Positions 36,103-43,290 of a DNA stretch of 50,147 bases are shown in pieces. Each line of letters starts with the position of its first letter. Within the stretch, counting starts at the first letter, position 1. The stretch is from contig JBOGJN010000212.1 in the NCBI GenBank assembly GCA_050745445.1, positions 1-50,147 of the forward strand. Reading direction: 5' to 3'. This stretch comes from Thermoanaerobaculia bacterium. GTDB taxonomy: Bacteria > Acidobacteriota > Thermoanaerobaculia > UBA5066 > Gp7-AA6. The notes under the pieces are model-generated. The model saw only the letters and a list, made by a program, of their open reading frames with translations, made no database searches and was not told the origin of the DNA. Position numbers and translations under genes: made by a program.

Positions 36103-36137
36103 CCGTTAGCCGTTAGCCATTAGCCATTAGCCGAAGA
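36103..36137. repeat. Tandem heptamer array CCGTTAG CCGTTAG CCATTAG CCATTAG CCGAAGA
   Basis: Read directly, 6 nt upstream of the rluB start codon (minus-strand sense). AGCCGAA pairs with TTCGGCT at 36154..36160. Confidence 0.75.
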
Positions 36138-36156
36138 AATGCGTTTCCATCGTTTC

Positions 36157-36205
36157 GGCTTACCGCTTACGGCTCACGGCTCACGGCTCACGGCTCACGG
36201 CTCAC
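36157..36205. repeat. Tandem heptamer array GGCTTAC CGCTTAC followed by five perfect GGCTCAC units
   Basis: Read directly. The last unit contains the scpB stop codon (36202-36204). Confidence 0.85.
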
Positions 36206-36891
36206 GCGTTATCATCGTCCTCGTCCTCATCATCGTCTTCGGGATCGGACAAGGTGGAGACGAAGGGCGCGGGGAGCGCCTGCGCGGCCTCCGGGTCAGA
36301 CACCGTTGCTGAAAGGTCCTCCTCCAGCTCCTCCGGCTTTGGGAGTTCCTCGAGCTGCTTCAAGCCGAACCGGATCAGAAACTCATGGGTCGTGCGGTAG
36401 AGGAACGGCGTTCCGACCACCGGTTTTCGGCCCGCCGTCGTGATGAGGCCCTTCTCGAAGAGCGTCCGGACCACGGCGGCCGAATTCACATCCCGGATCT
36501 CCTGGATCTCCGGAAGCGTGATCGGCTGGCGGTAGGCGATGATCGCCAGAGTCTCGAGCGCGGCCAACGAGAGCCGGCTCCTCTCGGTGACCTCGTGGAA
36601 CTTGCGAAGCAGCGAGTCGAACTCGGGCCGCGTGACATATCTCCATCCTCCGGCCACCGACTCGAGCCGGATCCCGCGTTGAGGCTGCTCCGCGTCCGCG
36701 CGAAGCATTTCCAGGGCCTCGCGGATTGCCCCGCGAGTGGCCTCGAGCACGTCCGCCAGATCTTTCTCGGAGATGGGGCGCGGGCAAGAGAAGAGAAGGG
36801 CGTCGAGCGCGGCGCGAACCCTTGCCGGGTTGTCTTGCCGTGGCCGTTCCGGTTGAGTCTCGGCTGGCTCCGTCGCCGTCGTCTCGGTCAT
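36202..36891 (-). CDS. scpB: Segregation and condensation protein B
   Basis: LDALLFSCPRPISEKDLADVL, two winged-helix ScpB repeats, and an acidic tail DPEDDDEDEDDDNA. Confidence 0.92.
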   Translation of the reverse strand: MTETTATEPAETQPERPRQDNPARVRAALDALLFSCPRPISEKDLADVLEATRGAIREALEMLRADAEQPQRGIRLESVAGGWRYVTRPEFDSLLRKFHEVTERSRLSLAALETLAIIAYRQPITLPEIQEIRDVNSAAVVRTLFEKGLITTAGRKPVVGTPFLYRTTHEFLIRFGLKQLEELPKPEELEEDLSATVSDPEAAQALPAPFVSTLSDPEDDDEDEDDDNA

Positions 36892-36899
36892 GTCTCCAA

Positions 36900-36973
36900 G
36901 CTTTCAGCTCTCAGCTTTCAGCTCCCCTACTCGTCGTCTCCGGCTGAGAGCTGATAGCTGACAGCTGATGGCT
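36900..36973. repeat. Imperfect inverted repeat of heptamers (GCTTTCA GCTCTCA GCTTTCA GCTCCCC ... GCTGAGA GCTGATA GCTGACA GCTGATG GCT)
   Basis: About 21/25 complementary positions by eye, with a ~15-nt loop. Fills the scpA-scpB intergenic gap. Confidence 0.8.
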
Positions 36974-36976
36974 TTC

Positions 36977-37744
36977 TCACCGGTAAGTATCGCGCACCTG
37001 GTCGGCCGAGAACGGAACTTCGGTGCGGCTGACATGGATCTCCCCGAAGGGCAACGGCTGGAACGCGCGGACGACCCCGAGCCGGATCAGCTCCAGGGCT
37101 GCCAGGAAGACCGTGACGGCCTCGGCGCGGTAGTGCATCTCGCCCAAGAACTCCAAGAGCGGTAACGTCCCGGCCCCTTCCAGCCGAGTCACGAGCTCTT
37201 CCATTTTCTTGCCGACCGAGAAACGCAGGTGCCGGATCTCCAGGGCCGGCGGGTGGGACAACTGGTAGCGTTCCGCGGCCTTCCGAAACGCGTCGATCAA
37301 ATCGAAAAGGGAAACTTCGAGTGAAGGCGAGGAATCCCCCGATCTCGGGATCTGGCTCTCGGGCCGGGGCCAGAGCCCGGCGCGTAACGTATCGATCTCG
37401 TGGAACGACTCGGCCATTTTCTTGTAGCGCTCGTACTCGAGAAGCCTCCGGGCCAGAGCCTCCCGCGGGTCCTCCTGCGGCGGGCCGGTAGGATGCGGAA
37501 GGAGCATTCTCGACTTGATGTAGATCAGTTCGGCCGCCAGGGCCACATATTCCGAAGCGACATCCAGGTCCAGCTCCAGCATGGTGTCCAGGTACGAGGT
37601 GTACTGCTCGGTGATTTCCGCGATGGGGATGTCGGTGATCGAAACCTGGTTGATCCGAATCAGATGCAGCAGCAGGTCCAGGGGACCACTGAACGCACCG
37701 ATCTGAACAGGCGGGAGGGCGCTCTCGGTGTGTTCGTCGGACAC
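36977..37744 (-). CDS. scpA: Segregation and condensation protein A
   Basis: GTG start. FSGPLDLLLHLIRINQVSITDIPIAEITEQY is the ScpA/kleisin N-terminus. Confidence 0.92.
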   Translation of the reverse strand: MSDEHTESALPPVQIGAFSGPLDLLLHLIRINQVSITDIPIAEITEQYTSYLDTMLELDLDVASEYVALAAELIYIKSRMLLPHPTGPPQEDPREALARRLLEYERYKKMAESFHEIDTLRAGLWPRPESQIPRSGDSSPSLEVSLFDLIDAFRKAAERYQLSHPPALEIRHLRFSVGKKMEELVTRLEGAGTLPLLEFLGEMHYRAEAVTVFLAALELIRLGVVRAFQPLPFGEIHVSRTEVPFSADQVRDTYR

Positions 37745-37781
37745 TAGAGGCTCGGTGGAGAAAGAGATGACATGCGAGCGG

Positions 37782-38471
37782 TCAGTGCCCGAACACCAGC
37801 AACAGAAGCAGTCGCTGGAATGGTCTGAAGATCCACCGCAGAAAGGGGGTCGTCATCAGGAGGATCAGGGCCAGAAGGCCAAACGGCGCCAGCACGGCGA
37901 AGGCTCTCTGCGCAGAAGGTCCGATCAGGGATGCTGCCACGCCGCTTCCGTCGAGCGGCGGAATCGGAATGAGGTTGAACACGGCCAGAGAAACGTTGAC
38001 GAGAGCAAAATAGAAAAGCACGTATGTGACCGGCGCCAGGGCACCCGCCGCGAAGTGCCTTCCCTGAAGCGCCTGCACCAGGTTGTCGATCGACTGTGGC
38101 GACAGCACACGAGTCACACGTAGGAGCAGGATGCCAACGCCGGCGAGGAGGAAGTTCGACAGAGGACCGGCCGCGGACACGACGAGGTTCGCCAGGCGCG
38201 GGTTGCGAACGTACCGGAGGTCCACGGGTGTCGGCTTCGCCGCCCCGAAGATGAAGCCGGAAAAGATGAAAAGCACGAGCGGTAACACGATGCTGCCGAA
38301 CGGGTCGATGTGCCGGATCGGGTTCAAGGAGATCCGACCCCGGTCGCGGGCCGTCGTGTCGCCGAATTGAAGCGCCGACCAGGCGTGCGCCGACTCGTGG
38401 AAGGAGATGGCAAAAAGGATGACCGCGAGCTGGATCGCGAAATCGACAACCTTGAAGCCGAGGGAGTCCAC
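37782..38471 (-). CDS. Site-2 protease family (M50) membrane metalloprotease
   Basis: HExxH in a TM helix (AISFHESAHAW) and a second motif NLIPIPPLDG. Polytopic. Confidence 0.88.
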   Translation of the reverse strand: MDSLGFKVVDFAIQLAVILFAISFHESAHAWSALQFGDTTARDRGRISLNPIRHIDPFGSIVLPLVLFIFSGFIFGAAKPTPVDLRYVRNPRLANLVVSAAGPLSNFLLAGVGILLLRVTRVLSPQSIDNLVQALQGRHFAAGALAPVTYVLFYFALVNVSLAVFNLIPIPPLDGSGVAASLIGPSAQRAFAVLAPFGLLALILLMTTPFLRWIFRPFQRLLLLLVFGH

Positions 38472-38539
38472 TCGAAGGGACTATACCCGGCGCAAGGCGG
38501 TCGGCGGAAGTTGGCAGGGGAACGGACGCCGAGGCCGGC

Positions 38540-39136
38540 TCACTTCTGCACGTCGGGCAGCTTCAGTCGCCGCTGAATTGCGAGCATGTAGCCGACCGGC
38601 TCGTGGCGCCAGGCCTTCTCCTCGACGGTCTTCGGGAAGCGCCCGCCGAGGTCACCGAGATATGTGTACGTGACGAGGCAACGGTCGAGGCCGAGCGGCT
38701 CGATGCGCGTTTCGCCCGCGACCCTCTTGATCCGGACGCCTTCGGACGGATCACCGGGTTTGGCCGCGTCGTGCCACGACAGCAGGAACCCGCCTTCCGG
38801 CAGCCGCTCGCCGCGGTAGGCCACGATGGCGTCACGGTTGCGGAACGGAAAGGGATAAGGCCAGACGAAGTGGATGCGCGCGCTCTCCCCTTCCGACTCC
38901 AGGACGGCTGCCTCCTTGACCGCAGGGTGGAAGAACTCCCGGTAGTGCGGGTAGTCGACGACGACGGTGAAGACGGCTTCGGCCGGGACCGGCAGCTCCG
39001 CGACGCCGCGGATCCACGGGGTCCCGCCGGGGACTCTAGCGATCGAGACGGAGACCTGGCGCTCGGTGAACCACGGCTCGAACGCGCGGTCCGCCGGGAT
39101 CGATGCCAGCGAGGCGGCGAGCAAAACGGCGATCAA
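38540..39136 (-). CDS. START/SRPBCC lipid-binding domain protein with signal peptide
   Basis: TTG start overlapping the MauE stop. MIAVLLAASLASIPA signal-like N-terminus. START-like FPFRNRDAIVAYRG and a C-terminal helix. Confidence 0.75.
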   Translation of the reverse strand: MIAVLLAASLASIPADRAFEPWFTERQVSVSIARVPGGTPWIRGVAELPVPAEAVFTVVVDYPHYREFFHPAVKEAAVLESEGESARIHFVWPYPFPFRNRDAIVAYRGERLPEGGFLLSWHDAAKPGDPSEGVRIKRVAGETRIEPLGLDRCLVTYTYLGDLGGRFPKTVEEKAWRHEPVGYMLAIQRRLKLPDVQK

Positions 39137-39558
39137 GAGCGCTCCCCCGCCCGTGCCGCGCCGAGGAGCCAGACGGACAGGCCAACCATCACGAGGTCCT
39201 CAGCCACCGTTGCCCAGTCGAGCGGCCGCGCCAGGAAGACGCCGAAGCAGCCGCAGTTAGAAAGCTTCAGCCCCCGCATCAGGCTCACGGCCGACCACCC
39301 GGCGTAACCAGCGTGGATCGCGACCGCGGCGATGGCCGCGCCCGCGAGCCTTCGCCCGGAGAAGAGCCAGAGCGTGAGCGCCAGCTCCGCGAGCGGGATA
39401 GCGAGCGCGAGCGGCAGGAGCGCGCCCTCGGGAAACGCCTCGTACGTGCGAAGGACGCCGGCGAAGCCGCGGAGGTCGAGCAGCTTGCCCAGGCCCGTCG
39501 CCGAGAGCACCAGCCCGATGACAAACCGCAGGACGACGCCGGCGCGCCGCCCTCTCAT
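39133..39558 (-). CDS. MauE/DoxX-family membrane protein
   Basis: Four TM helices. The LRFVIGLVLSATGLGKLLDL ... NCGCFG motif is typical of MauE-like proteins. ATGA overlap with the DUF547 stop. Confidence 0.8.
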   Translation of the reverse strand: MRGRRAGVVLRFVIGLVLSATGLGKLLDLRGFAGVLRTYEAFPEGALLPLALAIPLAELALTLWLFSGRRLAGAAIAAVAIHAGYAGWSAVSLMRGLKLSNCGCFGVFLARPLDWATVAEDLVMVGLSVWLLGAARAGERS

Positions 39559-40316
39559 TGCTTGTTGAGGTTCCAGTCGTACGGGATGAAGTCCACTTTC
39601 CAGCCGCTGGGGATCTTCTCCTCCCGGTACCGGTTCACGTACTCGATGAGGCTCGGTGCTTTCTTCAGGAAGTCCTCCGTGTAGAACTGCAGGATCTGCG
39701 ACAGGAAGACGGTCTTCTTTTCCGGCTCGAGGCGCACGTTGCGCTCCTCGTTGTAGAAGCGCCCTGCCTCGCGCTCGAGCTGAGCGTCGAGCTCCGCGGC
39801 GGCGAAGGGCTCGCGGGGAAGCCTCGGGCAGCCCCGGGCCATGCAGTTCAAGGCGACGTGGACCCGCGGGTCTCCGATTGGCCGAATGACCTGGTTCTCC
39901 AACGCGTAGAGGGAAATGAACTTGCCACCCATCTCGAAGCGGTTACGGTAGAAGAAACGGACCTTCACGGCGTTCAAATCCGGTGGGAAGTCCGATTTCA
40001 AGACGTCGTAGACCGCGAGCGCGTTGTAGGCGTTGATGTAGTAGGCAAGCTTCGCTGCGGTCGTGGGGAACGACTCCGGCGCCGACTCGGGACCGATCCG
40101 GGCGATCCAGGCCACGTAGGCTTCCAGGTTCGCCGGCTTCTGGGCGATCCCGGCGAAGTCGATCCGGCCCTGGTCGTCGACGTGCCGGGAGAGCAGATTC
40201 TCCCAGGCCCTCTCCGGGGAAGGCGCGCCCTCCGGAATGATCTTCGGCGGAGGGACGTGGATCGCACAGGCGGTCAGTGTGGCGAGCAGCAGGAGCGGGA
40301 GCCTTGCGGCCTGCAT
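39555..40316 (-). CDS. DUF547 domain-containing lipoprotein
   Basis: Trimmed to MQAARLPLLLLATLTAC (lipobox-like) with a GAGGAG SD. DUF547-like YINAYNALAVYDVL ... RVHVALNCMARGCPRL. Confidence 0.8.
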   Translation of the reverse strand: MQAARLPLLLLATLTACAIHVPPPKIIPEGAPSPERAWENLLSRHVDDQGRIDFAGIAQKPANLEAYVAWIARIGPESAPESFPTTAAKLAYYINAYNALAVYDVLKSDFPPDLNAVKVRFFYRNRFEMGGKFISLYALENQVIRPIGDPRVHVALNCMARGCPRLPREPFAAAELDAQLEREAGRFYNEERNVRLEPEKKTVFLSQILQFYTEDFLKKAPSLIEYVNRYREEKIPSGWKVDFIPYDWNLNKQ

Positions 40317-40327
40317 CGGATCTCCTC

Positions 40328-41587
40328 TCACTGGATGACCGGAAGCAGCTGGCCCGAGAGCGGGTTCCACACGGCCCGGCCCTCCGCCGTGTCGACCTCG
40401 AGTGGCTTCAGAATGAACTCGTCCCGCCGGGCGTTGTGCGCGCACATGGAGATGGGTCCGTTCGACGTCATGACCATGAAGGAGCACGCGTGCAGACGCT
40501 CGGGGTCGAGCGCCGAAGCGTCCATGAAGTTCTGGACGAAGAAGGAGAGTTTGTGGACACGCCCCCGGGCGGCGAGCAGATCCCGGCGCATCTTCCAGAT
40601 CTTCGGAGCAAAGAAGCGAACCGCCCGGCCCATCCACGCGGGCCGCCGGAGGGCCTCCAGGGCGAGCGCCCAGACCACCCTCCTCGGATCACGGCGGTCG
40701 AGCATCACGTGCCGGCAGTCCGTCAAGAATCGGTTGAAGACGGCGGGATCGTCGTTCAAGTCGTAGAGGTTGCCGTTGGCCTCGAGCATCATGCCGATCC
40801 GGTGGCACATCGGATGCCCGATCAGGACGGTGTCCCAGGAGATTCTCGTGCCGGCTCCCTCGACGATCTTCTGGCGGACCGTCTCGAGCGAGATGACGCG
40901 GTCCCGCTCGCGCAGCACCCCTCGCCCGGTGTCGGCCTGGAGCTGGAAGGAAACCATGCCGACCACGTCCGCGTGCTTCCGGAAGAAGCGGATGAGATCG
41001 GGGATCTCCTCGAAGTTCGACTGGCAGACGGTGGTGTTGAAGACAACCGCGATCGGGATGCCTCGCGCCCGCTCGATGTACTCGAGGCGGATGGCGTTCA
41101 GGTCTTTCTCCGTCGCGTAGCCCCGGCGCTCCTGAGTCAAGTCCACGTGGAAGGCGATGTCGTTTAAGCCTGCGGCCGTCAACTCCTCGAGCAGGTCACG
41201 CGTGGCCTTGATGCCGTTGGTCATGAGCGTGGGGAGAAGCCCGCGCTCCCGCGTGCGGCGTACGATCTCGACCAGCTCCTCGCGTTTGCGTAGCGTCGGG
41301 TCGCCACCGGTGATCTGGACCGCCGTCCGCGCCCCGAACTGCTCCTGGATCCTGTCGATTCGCCGGAAGACCTCTTCGAGCGGGATGTCCTTGACCCGCT
41401 CGGAGTTCTCCGACAAATAGCAGAGCGTGCAGTCGAGGTTGCAGCGCTGGGTGATCTCCAGGGCCACGCAACCGATTGCGTTGCGGCGTCCGAGCACCTG
41501 ATTCTCGCGGAAGAACTTGCCCATCCGCCGGCGGGTGCGCTCGAGAGCGGCGGAGCGGTTGGGGTCAAGCGGGGCGGTGCTCGCCAT
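40328..41587 (-). CDS. Radical SAM enzyme with extended Cys-containing C-terminal domain (subfamily unresolved, possibly COG1964/tetraether-synthase-like)
   Basis: Trimmed to MASTAPL at 41587 with an AAGGAGGAGG SD. CX3CX2C motif ITQRCNLDCTLCY. VQITGGDPTL. C-terminal FVQNFMDASALDPERLHACSFMVMTSNGPISMCAHN. Confidence 0.85.
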   Translation of the reverse strand: MASTAPLDPNRSAALERTRRRMGKFFRENQVLGRRNAIGCVALEITQRCNLDCTLCYLSENSERVKDIPLEEVFRRIDRIQEQFGARTAVQITGGDPTLRKREELVEIVRRTRERGLLPTLMTNGIKATRDLLEELTAAGLNDIAFHVDLTQERRGYATEKDLNAIRLEYIERARGIPIAVVFNTTVCQSNFEEIPDLIRFFRKHADVVGMVSFQLQADTGRGVLRERDRVISLETVRQKIVEGAGTRISWDTVLIGHPMCHRIGMMLEANGNLYDLNDDPAVFNRFLTDCRHVMLDRRDPRRVVWALALEALRRPAWMGRAVRFFAPKIWKMRRDLLAARGRVHKLSFFVQNFMDASALDPERLHACSFMVMTSNGPISMCAHNARRDEFILKPLEVDTAEGRAVWNPLSGQLLPVIQ

Positions 41588-41736
41588 CGTGCCTCCTCCT
41601 TGCCATTCCCGTCCAGGCTCCAAATCCGGCCCGGCAGGGCCACCTCGATGGGCTTTTCGTAGATCATACGGTGAGAAGGGCTCCAACAGATGCCTCCACG
41701 GCGCGATCCGATCCTCTCCCCGCCCGCGGAGGACGC

Positions 41737-41761
41737 GAAACCTTTCCCGGCTCCGGGCGTC
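41737..41761 (+). promoter_or_regulatory. Candidate ECF-type promoter (GAAAC-N16-CGTC) upstream of the ECF sigma gene
   Basis: GAAAC at 41737-41741 and CGTC at 41758-41761, 36 nt before the ATG at 41797. This is a pattern match only. Confidence 0.3.
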
Positions 41762-41796
41762 TCCGGAAGTGCCGTGCCGATCGGAACGAAGCGAAA

Positions 41797-42369
41797 ATGG
41801 ACGGCGGGATGACCGAAGACCGCCGGCTGCTCGAGCGCATCCGCGAAGGCGACACGAGCGGGGCGGGAGAGCTCTTCGAGCGGTATGCCGCCCCGATCCT
41901 CCGTTTCGCGGATCGCCTGCTGTCCGACCGGTCGGCCGCAGAAGAGGTAACACAGGAAGTGTTCGTGAAAGCGATCTCCCGGGCCCACCAGTACAATGGG
42001 CGAGCCGAGGTTTCCTCCTGGCTCTTCGCGATCGCGGCTAATGCGTGCCGCGACCGCCGGCGCCGGGATCGCCGCGCCTCTGTGATTCCGCTGGAGGCGA
42101 TTCCGGAGCCCTCCCAGAGAGGGGACGGTGTCGAGGCGAGCCTCATGCGCCGGGAACAGAAAAACGCCGTGCGCCGCGCCCTCCAATCCCTTTCGGAGGA
42201 GCAGCGCGAGGCTCTGGTCCTCGCCCGCTATCACGGAATGCCCTATGCCGAGATCGCTCGCGTCCTCGGTATCTCGGTGGGCGCGGTCAAGACCCGCATC
42301 TTTCGGGCCGTGGAGACCCTGAAGGCCCGTTTTTCCGAAGGAGAAGCCTCATGGAATGCAGCGAACTGA
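41797..42369 (+). CDS. ECF-family RNA polymerase sigma-70 factor
   Basis: Trimmed to MDGGMTEDRRLLERIREGD. Region 2 (ELFERYAAPILRFA..EEVTQEVFVKA) and region 4 HTH (MPYAEIARVLGISVGAVKTRIFRA). Confidence 0.9.
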   Translation: MDGGMTEDRRLLERIREGDTSGAGELFERYAAPILRFADRLLSDRSAAEEVTQEVFVKAISRAHQYNGRAEVSSWLFAIAANACRDRRRRDRRASVIPLEAIPEPSQRGDGVEASLMRREQKNAVRRALQSLSEEQREALVLARYHGMPYAEIARVLGISVGAVKTRIFRAVETLKARFSEGEASWNAAN

Positions 42370-43277
42370 CCGGTCTGGCCGTGGACGGGCTGCTTGGTGA
42401 GTCGGCGGAGTCGCTCCGCCGCGAGGTCGCCGGGCATCTGGAAACCTGCCGGGCGTGCCGGGAGGAAATGGCCCGCATCGAGCAGGCCTGGACGGCGCTC
42501 GGGGAGGACCCGGATGCCTCGGTGACGCCGGAGTTTCGGCGGCGTTCCATGGAGCTTTTGGAGGAGGAGTTGCTGCGACAGCGCATCCGCACTTTCCGGC
42601 CGGCGGCCCGGTGGCCGCGCCTGCTCCTGCGGGCCGCGGCAATGCTCTTGGCGGCCGCGGGCGGCTACCTTGCGGCGCGTGCCGGGGCACGGGCCTCCCG
42701 CCCCGCGGCTGCGGTGGCCGCGGCGCCGGAGTTCGACCCGAGCTCCGCCCTCTCGAACGTCTCCTACCGTCCGGCAGACGCGCAGGGGAAGATCGGCGTG
42801 TCGTTCGACGTCACCTCCCGGCACACCGTCGTCGCGCGCGCCGAGGATCCGGAGATGGCCAGGCTGCTCGCCTACCTCGTTTCGCGCAATACGCAGACGT
42901 CCGGGGAGAAGTCGCGGGCCATCGAGCTGGTGTCTTCTCACTATGGCGCGGGCGTGGCTCCCGCATCACCCGACATCGTCCGCGCTCTGACGAGTACGTT
43001 GAAGCGGGATCAGAACCCGGGCGTGCGCAAGAAGGCGGCGGACGCGCTGGCCGGATTCGCCATGACGCCGGACATCCGGGGCGCCTTTCTGGATGCCCTC
43101 CAAACCGACCGCAACCCCGCCGTGCGGCTGACGGCCATCGAAGCGCTCGCGATTGCCGCAAAGGCTTCTCCCGATCCGAAAACCATCGAATCGCTGCGGG
43201 AGAAGGCCTTCGACCCATCGGAAAACGGCTTCGTGCGCGCAAAAGCGGCCTCGGCCTTGAAAGCGATCGAGTTCTGA
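42351..43277 (+). CDS. Anti-sigma factor (zf-HC2) with TM helix and periplasmic HEAT-repeat domain
   Basis: Trimmed to MECSEL at 42351 (19-nt overlap with the sigma gene). HLETCRAC = Hx3Cx2C. TM LLLRAAAMLLAAAGGYLAA. HEAT-like DQNPGVRKKAADALA and DRNPAVRLTAIEALA. Confidence 0.82.
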   Translation: MECSELTGLAVDGLLGESAESLRREVAGHLETCRACREEMARIEQAWTALGEDPDASVTPEFRRRSMELLEEELLRQRIRTFRPAARWPRLLLRAAAMLLAAAGGYLAARAGARASRPAAAVAAAPEFDPSSALSNVSYRPADAQGKIGVSFDVTSRHTVVARAEDPEMARLLAYLVSRNTQTSGEKSRAIELVSSHYGAGVAPASPDIVRALTSTLKRDQNPGVRKKAADALAGFAMTPDIRGAFLDALQTDRNPAVRLTAIEALAIAAKASPDPKTIESLREKAFDPSENGFVRAKAASALKAIEF

Positions 43278-43290
43278 GAGGAGCGCGAGA

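Noticed and set aside
36103-36205. CRISPR interpretation of the tandem-repeat loci (this one and the other heptamer arrays)
   Set aside because: The units are 7 nt and directly adjacent, with no spacers. Arrays are under 50 nt, and no cas genes or leader are present.
40803-40820. Sigma-54-like TGGCAC-N5-ATGC (also TGGCAC at 18422)
   Set aside because: Both lie inside coding regions and on the strand opposite to the local genes. The -12 element is not TTGC. No convincing sigma-54 promoter was found in the intergenic regions by eye.
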